Source: an uncultured Candidatus Saccharibacteria bacterium
GTDB lineage: Bacteria; Patescibacteriota; Andersenbacteria; UBA10190
DNA length: 64,000 nt
Direction: 5' to 3'
Assembly (NCBI GenBank): GCA_964610055.1
Contig: CAZSUC010000001.1
Location: 287,994 to 351,993, forward strand
Under the pieces are notes generated by a model. That model saw only the letters and a program-made list of their open reading frames with translations. It had not been told where the DNA came from and did no database searches. The position numbers and the translations under genes are program-made. Shown piece by piece: positions 19,705 through 30,956 of the stretch (within the stretch, counting starts at the first letter, position 1; each line of letters begins with the position of its first letter).

Positions 19705-20910
19705 ATGCCAACTTTTATTTATTCTGCTCGTAACGCCAAAGGTAAAATCGTTAAAGGCACGCTTGAATCGGCTACTTTAGAACGAGCCAAAAACCTTTTA
19801 CGAAACAACAAACTTACGCCAGTTAAAATATCTTCTAGTCGCTGGCGCTCTCTTCTAAACATGAATATCATGCGCCGTTCTGCCAGCGCTAAAGAACTCG
19901 TTCTTTTTAGTCGCCAATTAAGCTCTATGATTGCGGCCGGTGTTCCAATTCTAGAATCCCTGCGCGCCTTAATTACTGAAACCAGCAACGCTTCTTTTCG
20001 TACCACCTTAGAATCCGTTGCTTATGACATTGAAGGTGGTGCTTCTTTGTCTCAAGCCTTATCTAAACATCCCGAAGCCTTTAACCTCTTTTTCCAAGGT
20101 ATTGTTCGTACCGGAGAGGCTAGTGGTCGTTTAGCTGAATCACTTGGTATTATGGCCGATTATTTAGAAAGTAATTACGTTTTTAGCCGCAAAGTTAGAA
20201 GTGCCTTGGTTTATCCTATCTTTGTCATCGTTTCCGTAATCATCGTGGTAATTTTAATGTTTGTTTTTGTGGTTCCGCAGTTAATTGTGCTTTTTGAAGA
20301 GGCGAGTGTTCAATTGCCCTGGCCAACTCGATTGTTAATTTCTACTGTTGATTTTGTTCAATCCTTCTGGATCGCTATGATCGGCCTTGCTGTTGCCATC
20401 TTCTTCTTAGGTCGTTCCTATTTACGTACTCCTGACGGTCAATATGCCTTAAGTGCTTTTGCCCTTTACCTTCCCGGCCTTAAAAATATTGTCAGTAAAA
20501 TCTACCTTGCTCGCATGACATCTGTCTTGCATACTCTTTTCTCAAGTGATGTTCCTGTCATTGAGTCTTTGAGTATTGCTAAAGATTCGCTTGGTAATCG
20601 CGTCTATCAAAATGTCTTATCTAAAACCACTCAAGCTATTAAAGATGGTGCTAATATCTCTGCGGTTTGGGAGCAAGAACCTCTCATTCCCAACATGTTA
20701 ACCACCATGGTCGCAGTCGGGGAGCGTAGTGGTAATATTGATAAAACTTTTGGCGAAGCTTATCGTTTCTTCCGGCGCGATGTTGATGAAATTCTCGCAA
20801 CTCTCACTACTTTTATCGAACCGTTACTGGTTATTATTTTAGCCATTGGTGTTGCTATTATCGTTGCCGCTATTCTGCTTCCGATCTATAACCTCGTTTT
20901 AGTTTTATAG
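19705..20910 (+). CDS. pilC: PilC/GspF inner-membrane platform
   Basis: FSRQLSSMI.AGVP, GEASG.L, ALVYP, VGERSG, EP.L. Confidence 0.95.
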   Translation: MPTFIYSARNAKGKIVKGTLESATLERAKNLLRNNKLTPVKISSSRWRSLLNMNIMRRSASAKELVLFSRQLSSMIAAGVPILESLRALITETSNASFRTTLESVAYDIEGGASLSQALSKHPEAFNLFFQGIVRTGEASGRLAESLGIMADYLESNYVFSRKVRSALVYPIFVIVSVIIVVILMFVFVVPQLIVLFEEASVQLPWPTRLLISTVDFVQSFWIAMIGLAVAIFFLGRSYLRTPDGQYALSAFALYLPGLKNIVSKIYLARMTSVLHTLFSSDVPVIESLSIAKDSLGNRVYQNVLSKTTQAIKDGANISAVWEQEPLIPNMLTTMVAVGERSGNIDKTFGEAYRFFRRDVDEILATLTTFIEPLLVIILAIGVAIIVAAILLPIYNLVLVL

Positions 20911-20912
20911 GG

Positions 20913-20969
20913 TATAATAAAAACAGGTCGTATGTGGATAACAAATAATTTATTGCCGAGAGGAGGTGA
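20913..20969 (+). promoter_or_regulatory. -10 box and strong Shine-Dalgarno of the major pilin gene
   Basis: TATAAT at 20913-20918; AGGAGGTGA at 20961-20969, 6 nt before ATG 20976. Confidence 0.7.
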
Positions 20970-20975
20970 GGGGAA

Positions 20976-21440
20976 ATGAATAAAATGAAGAAAGGTTTCA
21001 CCCTCATTGAATTGCTGGTCGTGATCGCAATTATTGGTATCTTAGCTGCGTTAGTTTTAGTTGCTTTAGGAAATGCACGTACTAAAGCACAAGACGCTCG
21101 CGTCAAATCAAACTTAAGTCAGCTTCGTACTTTAGCAGAAGTTCATTATGACGATAATGGATCTAGCTATACTACATTCGATACTTGTGTCACCACGCCA
21201 AACGATACTAACTGTCAGGGTGGAATTGAAAACTCGGTGAATGCATTGATTAGTGACATGAGTAGTATTGCTAATGTTACTCTCGATGTTCAGGTTAATA
21301 GCACTGGCACCGAGGCATGTATGTCTGCTAATCACGCTAGTGACTCAGCCTCATATTTCTGCACCGACACCTCCGGAGCGTTTACAGACACTACTGACAC
21401 CTGCCAAGACACCGGTCTTTGTGGTGCTTCTGGCGGATAA
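20976..21440 (+). CDS. Type IV pilin (probable major pilin)
   Basis: KKGFTLIELLVVIAIIGILA; own promoter, SD and terminator; Cys-rich C-terminus. Confidence 0.9.
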   Translation: MNKMKKGFTLIELLVVIAIIGILAALVLVALGNARTKAQDARVKSNLSQLRTLAEVHYDDNGSSYTTFDTCVTTPNDTNCQGGIENSVNALISDMSSIANVTLDVQVNSTGTEACMSANHASDSASYFCTDTSGAFTDTTDTCQDTGLCGASGG

Positions 21441-21456
21441 TTCCAACGGTTATATT

Positions 21457-21487
21457 AAAACCACTCGCTCAAAAAGCGAGTGGTTTT
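21457..21487 (+). terminator. Intrinsic terminator after the major pilin
   Basis: AAAACCACTCGCT-caaaa-AGCGAGTGGTTTT. Confidence 0.8.
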
Positions 21488-21507
21488 ATATATGGTATAC
21501 TTAACCT

Positions 21508-21996
21508 ATGTCTCGGTTTGATCGTGCTGGGTTTACTATAATTGAATTGCTTATTGTTATTGCTATTATTGGCATTTTAACCGCCATCATTATTACAAGC
21601 GTTATGGTTAGTCGGCGTAAGGCAGTTGATAATCAAATCATGAATGACGTGCGGCAATTAAGAATCTTAGCGGAAGAAGTTTATGATAGCCAAGCCGCTT
21701 CTTATTTAAATTGGGCCGATTCCGAAGCTCAACCAAATTTAGCTAATCAGTTAGATCGATTATTAGCTGACTTAGATCAAATTCATAATTACACTCAAAC
21801 TGACGTTACGGATCCGCAACACGTTACTATTACTCGTGATTCTCAAGCCCAAGAATTTTGTATTAGCGTTCCTTTGTACACTGATCCCAGCATTATTTAC
21901 TGCGTTGATGCTACTGGTCAGTATCAAAAAACATCTTCACATTGTCCTGATTACCCTGCTACTGGCCAGCCTTTGCGTTGTCCAGTTTCAAACTAA
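21508..21996 (+). CDS. Type IV pilin
   Basis: GFTIIELLIVIAIIGIL; FCISV...YCVDATG. Confidence 0.9.
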   Translation: MSRFDRAGFTIIELLIVIAIIGILTAIIITSVMVSRRKAVDNQIMNDVRQLRILAEEVYDSQAASYLNWADSEAQPNLANQLDRLLADLDQIHNYTQTDVTDPQHVTITRDSQAQEFCISVPLYTDPSIIYCVDATGQYQKTSSHCPDYPATGQPLRCPVSN

Positions 21997-22790
21997 TGCT
22001 GTTATTTCTTTCTTTTCTTTACGGCTCCATTTTTGGAAGCTTTCTTAATGTTGTTTCCTTGCGTACGATTGCTCGTTTGCACGGTCATCCTGCCGGTAGT
22101 ATTTTAACAACCCGCTCCGCTTGTCCGGACTGCCATTCAACTCTCCGTTGGTGGGAACTTATTCCTATTTTTTCTTTTTTATTTTTACGTGGTCGTTGTG
22201 CGCGTTGTCACGCTCGTATCTCTTTTCAGTACCCAGTAGTTGAAATTACATTTGGAGTAATTACCGCCATGTTATGGTTGCTTGTACCTACACCGCACAC
22301 TGGAACTAGTTTGCTCATCTTTACTCTCCAGCTTATCATTGCTGGACTCTTACTGGTTCTTTTTATTATTGATCTTAAAACCATGCTTTTGCCCGATAAG
22401 TTTATTGTTATGCTCTCTTGTGCCGTTCTCACCCTCCTTGCTACGCAATATCAACTAAACTTAAATGCCGTTATCGGTCTTTTAATTGGAGCTGGTTTTC
22501 TGTTTTTACTCTGGGCTGTCACACGTGGTCGTGGTCTAGGTTTTGGTGACGTCAAGCTTATGCTTCCGCTTGGCGCTCTGTTTGGAGGATGGGGGACAGT
22601 TGTTCTGCTTTTTATTGCTTTTATTATCGGCGGCTTGATCAGTATTATTTTACTTTTACGTGGCCATGCCCACTTGAAAACCGCTATTCCATTCGGGCCT
22701 TTTTTAGTTACTGCTGCTTTACTGCTTTTATTATTTCCTGATTTACCTGCCATTTTATTACCCGTCTTTCTTCCTCTGGGTTACATGTAA
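21996..22790 (+). CDS. pilD: Prepilin peptidase
   Basis: GSFLNV, RSACPDC, LIPIFS...GRCARC, G.GDVKL, IPFGPFL. Confidence 0.95.
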   Translation: MLLFLSFLYGSIFGSFLNVVSLRTIARLHGHPAGSILTTRSACPDCHSTLRWWELIPIFSFLFLRGRCARCHARISFQYPVVEITFGVITAMLWLLVPTPHTGTSLLIFTLQLIIAGLLLVLFIIDLKTMLLPDKFIVMLSCAVLTLLATQYQLNLNAVIGLLIGAGFLFLLWAVTRGRGLGFGDVKLMLPLGALFGGWGTVVLLFIAFIIGGLISIILLLRGHAHLKTAIPFGPFLVTAALLLLLFPDLPAILLPVFLPLGYM

Positions 22791-22802
22791 TAAAATAAAG
22801 AT

Positions 22803-23384
22803 ATGGCTCATCCCCGTGGTTTCACCTTAATTGAATTGATCGTTACTGTTGTCATTATGATGTCTTTCATGGGCATTACTGCTGTTGCCTATCCTTCTAT
22901 CCGCACTTACGCTGCTGATCGCTCCACTGTCCAATTGATTCAATCCGAATTACGTTCATTACAACAGCGTGCTATCCATCGTGAACGTAGCACTGCTTGT
23001 TTAGATGACTTAGAATCAACTCGCACCCCTGATGCAGGTGATTATAATCATTGCTCTGAGCTTGGCTTGTTATTTACTCAAGACTCTAACGAAGTCGCAA
23101 TCATCGCTAATTCATATATCGAAGATGACGAAGTTAGCCATCTCAATATTAATGACATTGAACTAAGCCGATTTAATCTGCCTGATGGTGTTACCGCCGC
23201 TAATAACGCTGTCATTGCTGTTACCGCTGATCCACCTACTTTACACACCCTTTTTGCTAAAGATGACGCTGCTTTAACTGAAATCGACTCTTATGCTGCT
23301 ATAGAACTGACAGTTCACGATGAAAGTCGAACCGTTTATATCCTGCCGTACGGCCAAGTAACTTCTAGCGAACCTGCTTTATGA
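22803..23384 (+). CDS. Minor pilin (FimT/GspH-like)
   Basis: RGFTLIELIVTV. Confidence 0.8.
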   Translation: MAHPRGFTLIELIVTVVIMMSFMGITAVAYPSIRTYAADRSTVQLIQSELRSLQQRAIHRERSTACLDDLESTRTPDAGDYNHCSELGLLFTQDSNEVAIIANSYIEDDEVSHLNINDIELSRFNLPDGVTAANNAVIAVTADPPTLHTLFAKDDAALTEIDSYAAIELTVHDESRTVYILPYGQVTSSEPAL

Positions 23385-23920
23385 ACACCTCATCCCAATC
23401 CGGTCTGTCATTACTTGGTGTTCTGGTTGCCCTTTTAGTTTTAATTGTTGGTATTACTTCTATTGCTCAATTAAACGCTCAAAATAAACATTATGTTAGT
23501 GTGAATCGCACGCGCCTTTTAGCCATTTCTTTAGCTAATGAAGGTTTGGAATTAACGCAAGCCTATCGTGATACTGTTTGGCTTGAAGATCCTGAAGGGG
23601 ATTGGGCGGGGGAATTATGTGATTCTGATGGATCAATCGCGATTGACGCTGATACTGATTCATCCGGGGTCATGATTTCAACCAGTGATTTTACTTTATA
23701 TCAAGATTCTGCTGGTCTCTTTAGTCATGTTCCTAGTGATAATCCTTCTCAATTTCAACGTCGTCTCACTGTCGATTGTGATTATGAAGATACTGCTTTT
23801 ACTAGCGAAGACCCTGATTCAAATCCGCATATTACAGTCACATCAACTGTCTCGTGGGGAGATGATATCGATAATCAAAACGAAGTTTCTCTTTCAACCA
23901 TTCTCTATGATTGGCACTAA
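23381..23920 (+). CDS. Minor pilin (PilV-like)
   Basis: SGLSLLGVLVAL (no E5), A..LANEGLE, TVTSTVSW, LYDW. Confidence 0.7.
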   Translation: MNTSSQSGLSLLGVLVALLVLIVGITSIAQLNAQNKHYVSVNRTRLLAISLANEGLELTQAYRDTVWLEDPEGDWAGELCDSDGSIAIDADTDSSGVMISTSDFTLYQDSAGLFSHVPSDNPSQFQRRLTVDCDYEDTAFTSEDPDSNPHITVTSTVSWGDDIDNQNEVSLSTILYDWH

Positions 23921-24485
23921 ATCACCCACTTCTTCTGGTTTTACTTTGCTGGAAACAGTTGTTGCTCTCGGTATTTTTTCTGTCTTTATTGTTGTCATCA
24001 CCAGCATCTTTTCTCATTTCTCTTATAGTCAAAAACGAGATATCGCCGAGCAAAATCTCCAAGAAGACGCACGCTTAGCTTTAGAAATTATGAACCGAGA
24101 AATCCGCACTGGTTATGGTAGCACTTATCGCAATCCTAACGACGATCGTTCCATGCTTTCCTTTGTTAATCAAACTGGACAATGTGTTTTTTACGCTTTA
24201 CTCACTACTACCGATGGACGCGGATCATTGCAACGTGCTGAATCCGGCTCGCCATCCGAAGGTTGTCCTGATCCTTCCGAGTCAGCCTATCGTTCTTTAA
24301 CCGGACCTCAAACCGATATCACGTCTTTAATTTTTATGGTCACCCCAGCTGACTTTAGTGCTGATTTGCGCCAAGGATTTGTCACCACTAATTTAGAAAT
24401 GATTTCTACTGATAAAATCGAAACACCCTTACGTTTACAAACAACAACTACTTCACGTCAAATTACCACCTATGAAGGCTTTTAA
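23907..24485 (+). CDS. Minor pilin (PilW-like)
   Basis: SGFTLLETVVAL, ALEIMNREIR.G, LQTT.TSR. Confidence 0.8.
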   Translation: MIGTKSPTSSGFTLLETVVALGIFSVFIVVITSIFSHFSYSQKRDIAEQNLQEDARLALEIMNREIRTGYGSTYRNPNDDRSMLSFVNQTGQCVFYALLTTTDGRGSLQRAESGSPSEGCPDPSESAYRSLTGPQTDITSLIFMVTPADFSADLRQGFVTTNLEMISTDKIETPLRLQTTTTSRQITTYEGF

Positions 24486-24900
24486 TTCACGCGGCGACGT
24501 TTCTATTTACATTGCCCTGCTTATGGTCACGGCCATGCTTAGCATTGCTCTGATTCTGCAGTTAATCATTTCTCGTCAATTTCGCTCGACCGTTAATGTG
24601 TTGTCATCTGAACGCGCCTTATATGCCGCTAACTCTGGTTTAGAGCGTATGTTAGCGCGTCTGCCATATGACACCTCTGCGTTTAGCGGAGAAATAATTA
24701 GTCTGACTGACGAGGTGCCATATGACGATAATTCCGCTGTTTATGACGTTTGGGGTAAGTTTATTACAGATAGTACAGAAGGGTCAGTTCAGGGAGAATA
24801 TTGTGTTTATGCAGTTGGAATTTATCAGGGCTCAACTCGTTATTTGTCTACCGGCAGCTCTGATTGCGTTGATTCTCTTATTGCCGCCTCGCACGACTAA
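24472..24900 (+). CDS. Minor pilin (PilX-like)
   Basis: RG plus hydrophobic helix without E5; S.RALYAANSGLE. Confidence 0.7.
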   Translation: MKAFNSRGDVSIYIALLMVTAMLSIALILQLIISRQFRSTVNVLSSERALYAANSGLERMLARLPYDTSAFSGEIISLTDEVPYDDNSAVYDVWGKFITDSTEGSVQGEYCVYAVGIYQGSTRYLSTGSSDCVDSLIAASHD

Positions 24901-24913
24901 AGCTAACCTATAA

Positions 24914-26911
<1,998 letters not shown>

Positions 26912-26952
26912 CATTGCTTGCGCCTTATTCTTAGCTATTGAATACTAAACCC

Positions 26953-27252
26953 ATGCCATCTCCTATTTCTTTAGAGCAAGTTAAACAAGTTGCTCAATTA
27001 GCTCGTCTGGGACTAACTGACACAGATGCTCATCAAGCTGCTCAAGATTTAGGTAATATTTTGTCTCATTTTTCTGAAATTCAGAGCATAGACACCCAAG
27101 GCGTTCCTACCTCAGATGATGTCACCGGTCTTAAAAATATTACTCGGCCTGATGCATCTGAGCCCGAAATATTATGTTCTCATCAAGATTTATTAGATAC
27201 TGCTCCTGAAACCATGGACGCCCAAATTAAAGTTAAAGCAATTTTTGACTAA
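26953..27252 (+). CDS. gatC: Asp/Glu-tRNA amidotransferase subunit C
   Basis: V.QVAQLARL, IDT.GV.P, R.D; precedes gatA. Confidence 0.85.
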   Translation: MPSPISLEQVKQVAQLARLGLTDTDAHQAAQDLGNILSHFSEIQSIDTQGVPTSDDVTGLKNITRPDASEPEILCSHQDLLDTAPETMDAQIKVKAIFD

Positions 27253-27254
27253 CA

Positions 27255-28688
27255 ATGACCCCACCTCAAACAATTGAAAGTTTATTACAAGATAAATCGC
27301 GTACCACGGATCAAAATGTTGCTGACTATTTATCTGCTATTTCGCAATGGGAACCACATCTTAATGCCTTTATTGAAGTTTTAGAAGATGAAGCTAAATC
27401 CGCCGCCCAAAAACCTCAAACTGGGCCTCTTTCTGGAATCCCTATTGCTATTAAAGATTTGATTTGCACGCTTGAAGGCCATACTCGTGCCGCCTCTCAG
27501 CTTTTAAAAGATTTTCGTTCTCCTTACGAGGCCACTGTTGTCAAACGTCTTAAACAAGCTGGAGCAATTATCATCGGCAAAACTAATCAGGATGAATTTG
27601 CTATGGGGGCCAGTAATGAATATTCCAGTTTTGGTCCTGTTAAAAACCCCTGGGATTTAACTCGAGTTCCTGGTGGAAGCAGTGGGGGATCGGTTGCTGC
27701 CGTTGCCGCCGGAGAAGTTCCCGCCGCACTTGGTACTGACACTGGCGGCTCTATTCGTCAGCCCTCTAATTTTTGCGGCACGGTTGGACTCAAGCCAACT
27801 TATGGACGCGTTAGTCGTTTTGGTGTAATTGCTTATGCCAGCAGTTTTGATCAAGTTGGTCCAATTACTCGTACTGTAGCTGATAATGCTCGCATCATGG
27901 ATGTTATTGCTGGACCGGATCAATGGGATGCAACCACTCATCCAGATTCACCTTCGTCATATCTCGCTGCGTGTGGTCGCGGAGTGCAAGGTCTAACTAT
28001 CGGTGTTCCTGTTCAATATTTTGGGGAAGAAGTTGATCCTCAAATTTCTGCTGCCGTTCGTACTGCTATCTCTGACTTAGAACAACAAGGTGCCACTATT
28101 AAAGAAGTTTCTCTGCCTCTCATGCATGCTGCTATCCCAACCTATTACTTACTTGTTAAGGCTGAAGCCTCTTCGAATCTGGCTCGTTTTGATGCGTTAC
28201 GTTACAGCAAACTTGATTTAGCCAGTTCAACACTCTTAGAACATTATCTTGAAGCTCGAGGTCAATATTTTGGTTCTGAAGTTAAAAGATCAATTCTCAT
28301 GGGTACTTACGCTTTAGCCGCTGGTTACGTTGATGCTTGGTACAAGCAAGCCAGTCGAGTTCGCACTTTAATTCGTCGTGAATTTGAAGATGCCTTCAAG
28401 CAAGTTAATGTTATTATCGGTCCTGTCAGTCCAGAAGTCGCTTTCCCCTTTGGCAGCAAATCTGACGATCCTCTCAAAATGTACTTAGCTGATTTACTTA
28501 CTGATCCAGCCAGCGTTGCCGGGTTACCAGCCATGTCAGTTCCATGTGGATTTATTGATGGCTTGCCGGTAGGCATGCAAGTTATTGCGCCTCATTTTCA
28601 CGAAGAGCTAATCTATCAAACCGCTGCTGCTTACGAATCCTTGCACGATTGGTGGCAAAAAACTCCTGTCTTACCGCAACGATCCTAA
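27255..28688 (+). CDS. gatA: Asp/Glu-tRNA amidotransferase subunit A
   Basis: Amidase signature GGSSGGS, GTDTGGSIRQP, GLKPTYGRVSR. Confidence 0.97.
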   Translation: MTPPQTIESLLQDKSRTTDQNVADYLSAISQWEPHLNAFIEVLEDEAKSAAQKPQTGPLSGIPIAIKDLICTLEGHTRAASQLLKDFRSPYEATVVKRLKQAGAIIIGKTNQDEFAMGASNEYSSFGPVKNPWDLTRVPGGSSGGSVAAVAAGEVPAALGTDTGGSIRQPSNFCGTVGLKPTYGRVSRFGVIAYASSFDQVGPITRTVADNARIMDVIAGPDQWDATTHPDSPSSYLAACGRGVQGLTIGVPVQYFGEEVDPQISAAVRTAISDLEQQGATIKEVSLPLMHAAIPTYYLLVKAEASSNLARFDALRYSKLDLASSTLLEHYLEARGQYFGSEVKRSILMGTYALAAGYVDAWYKQASRVRTLIRREFEDAFKQVNVIIGPVSPEVAFPFGSKSDDPLKMYLADLLTDPASVAGLPAMSVPCGFIDGLPVGMQVIAPHFHEELIYQTAAAYESLHDWWQKTPVLPQRS

Positions 28689-30266
28689 TAAAGATATTCC
28701 TGTCCAATCAGTCGGTTTTTCTAAGCCCAAAATTTCTAAGATTGTTGGAGCAATATCAGCTAACATTCCAATTGGAGCTGAATATATATCCATAATCGCT
28801 TGATCGCTGCGTGGCGATACTCGGCGTAATCTTTCATTGATATAAAACAAAGGTACCGGGTTACTAGTGTGATCAGTTTCAACCTCATTAGTTTGTGGGT
28901 TAACCATTTCTTCGGCATTGCCGTGATCGGCTGTAATTAACAAAGCTCCTCCCATTTTCCTTACTTCTTCATACAGCTGCCCTACGCACATATCAGCAAA
29001 CGTGCAGGCCTCAACCGCTGCCTCATAATTTCCAGTATGACCAACCATGTCAGCGTTGGCATAATTCACAAATACCACATCATAAATATTTTTGTGTAAT
29101 TCTTCCAATAAACGATCGGTAATTTCTTGCGCCATCATATGCGGTTCTTTCGCAAAATCTTTCACTCTTGATGACTCAATTAAGATATGTTCTTCGCCTG
29201 GAAAAGGTTGCTCGTGTCCACCATTTAAATAATACGTGACGTGAGCGTATTTCTCAGTTTCCGCTATGTGTAGTTGTCTTAATCCGGCTTGTGATATCAC
29301 GCGCGCTAACGGATTAACCTCCGGTTCGTCGATAAAAGCTGAATTGGCCGGTAAATCAGGATCGTACTGTTCCATCGTTGTAAACATCAAATCCGGCCAA
29401 TAGGGTCGTTCAAAACTATTAAAATCAGGCAAGACAAAAGCGCGCGTTAATTGACGTGCTCGATCTGGCCGGAAATTAAAAAATATCACCGAATCATTTT
29501 CTTTAATTGTTGCCACTGCTTCTCCGCCATGCGTAATCGCAGTTGGTGGAATTGATTCATCCACCAAACCTTTTCGATACGCTGATTCAATTGCTTGTTC
29601 AATACTGCTTGCTCCTTCTTTGCGTTCTCGTCCAATGAGCATATTGTAAGTTTCTTCCGTGCGTTCCCAGTTTTGATTTCGATCCATTGCCCAAAACCTT
29701 CCTGTTACGCTTGCAATTCGTCCTACGCCATATTTTCCCATCGCTTCTTCTAATTCATGCACATAAGTCATAGCGCTTTGTGGAGGAGTATCCCGTCCGT
29801 CAGTAAACACATGAATATATGTGCGATTACCTAAACCTTCTTGTTTTACTAGTTTTAATAATGCTAATAAATGATTGATATGAGAATGAATTCCACCCGA
29901 ACTAACTAAACCCATTAGATGTAAATTTGATCGATGTTGTTTAGCGTGATCGCAAGCTGTTAACAGGGCTGGATTTTGGAAAAAAGATCCATCTTGAATC
30001 GCTTGATCTATCCTTGGTAATGACTGATATTGCACCCGCCCCGCCCCAATATTACTGTGACCTGTCTCAGAATTACCTTTTTCTCCCCACGGCAAACCTA
30101 CCTCAATTCCAGCCGCTACAATTGTTGCCGCTGGATAATGTCGGGGGAACATATCCATGTATGGAGTATCTGCTGCTAAAATCGCATTCCCTTGTTCAAT
30201 AAAACTTATTCCCCAGCCATCTAAAATCACTAAAACTAATGGACGGGGAGAAGGAGAGCCTGTCAT
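28671..30266 (-). CDS. gpmI: 2,3-BPG-independent phosphoglycerate mutase
   Basis: LDGWG, GNSETGH, NFRPDRARQL, AETEKYAHVT, DMVGHTG, ADHGNAE. Confidence 0.97.
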   Translation of the reverse strand: MTGSPSPRPLVLVILDGWGISFIEQGNAILAADTPYMDMFPRHYPAATIVAAGIEVGLPWGEKGNSETGHSNIGAGRVQYQSLPRIDQAIQDGSFFQNPALLTACDHAKQHRSNLHLMGLVSSGGIHSHINHLLALLKLVKQEGLGNRTYIHVFTDGRDTPPQSAMTYVHELEEAMGKYGVGRIASVTGRFWAMDRNQNWERTEETYNMLIGRERKEGASSIEQAIESAYRKGLVDESIPPTAITHGGEAVATIKENDSVIFFNFRPDRARQLTRAFVLPDFNSFERPYWPDLMFTTMEQYDPDLPANSAFIDEPEVNPLARVISQAGLRQLHIAETEKYAHVTYYLNGGHEQPFPGEEHILIESSRVKDFAKEPHMMAQEITDRLLEELHKNIYDVVFVNYANADMVGHTGNYEAAVEACTFADMCVGQLYEEVRKMGGALLITADHGNAEEMVNPQTNEVETDHTSNPVPLFYINERLRRVSPRSDQAIMDIYSAPIGMLADIAPTILEILGLEKPTDWTGISLLGSLR

Positions 30267-30307
30267 GTCATCTATTATCGCATACCTCAAGCTGACGGGC
30301 TACAGTG

Positions 30308-30380
30308 TGGCGGGAGCTGGAATTGCACCAGCGATCTCCTGGTTATGAGCCAGGCGAGATAACTCCTTCTCCATCCCGCG
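30308..30380 (-). tRNA. Initiator tRNA-fMet(CAT)
   Basis: Reverse strand CGCGGGA...CCTGG-CTCATAA-CCAGG...TGCAATT...TCCCGCC-A; the 1:72 position is unpaired; CCA is not encoded. Confidence 0.85.
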
Positions 30381-30416
30381 CTAGTTCTGAAAAATCGTCT
30401 TTCAGAATCAGTTGAC

Positions 30417-30445
30417 AGTATAGGCTTGAAACATACTTCTTGCAA
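30417..30445 (-). promoter_or_regulatory. Sigma70-type promoter for tRNA-fMet
   Basis: Minus strand TTGCAA-N17-TATACT. Confidence 0.65.
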
Positions 30446-30581
30446 TAGCTAAAAAACCTTGTCAATCAAATTTATTCCGGAATAATCAAAATGTAACCGG
30501 CAAAGACCAAAGATTACATGCACACAAATCTCTCGTCTTCTGTCTCGGTTATCATTAGAGGATCAGACTTATGTCTCCTCA

Positions 30582-30613
30582 ACAACGCCCCATCAGGGGG
30601 CGTTGTCTTATTT
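30582..30613 (+). terminator. Intrinsic terminator-like hairpin in intergenic DNA
   Basis: ACAACGCCCC-atcag-GGGGCGTTGT followed by cttattt. Confidence 0.6.
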
Positions 30614-30616
30614 CAT

Positions 30617-30646
30617 TTGCATCTTTGCCTTTTTCCTCACTATACT
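30617..30646 (+). promoter_or_regulatory. Promoter for tRNA-Met
   Basis: TTGCAT-N18-TATACT, 10 nt before the tRNA. Confidence 0.55.
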
Positions 30647-30656
30647 TGCCCCATAC

Positions 30657-30730
30657 GGCGGGGTAGCTCAGTTGGTTAGAGCACGGGACTCATAAGCCCG
30701 GGGTCGTGGGTTCGAATCCCACCCCCGCTA
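30657..30730 (+). tRNA. tRNA-Met(CAT), probably elongator (Ile2 not excluded)
   Basis: GGCGGGG/CCCCGCT acceptor, CTCATAA loop, TTCGAAT T-loop. Confidence 0.85.
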
Positions 30731-30799
30731 CAACTAGACAATTGCCCTAATTTATGTATCCTTTTAATGTCACTTGCTTGTGCAAGCGGCTGTTAAATT

Positions 30800-30876
30800 G
30801 GACCCGTAGCTCAGTTGGTTAGAGCGTCGCCCTGTCACGGCGAAGGCCACCGGTTCGAGCCCGGCCGGGTCCGCCA
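30800..30876 (+). tRNA. tRNA-Asp(GTC)
   Basis: GGACCCG/CGGGTCC acceptor, CTGTCAC loop, G73 and CCA. Confidence 0.95.
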
Positions 30877-30945
30877 CCTTCCGTGATGCTTGGGCTACAC
30901 GTCTCGTGTAGCACAGGGGGAGAACATCACGGAAGGATTTTTGTT
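30877..30945 (+). other. Nested stem-loop directly after the tRNA-Asp CCA (terminator or structured element)
   Basis: CCTTCCGTGATG/CATCACGGAAGG (12 bp) encloses GCTACACG-tct-CGTGTAGC; then ATTTTT. Confidence 0.6.
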
Positions 30946-30956
30946 ATACTCCATAC

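Noticed and set aside
13837-24900. Type IV pilus cluster with an embedded response regulator as a novel system
   Set aside because: This organisation is typical of Patescibacteria.
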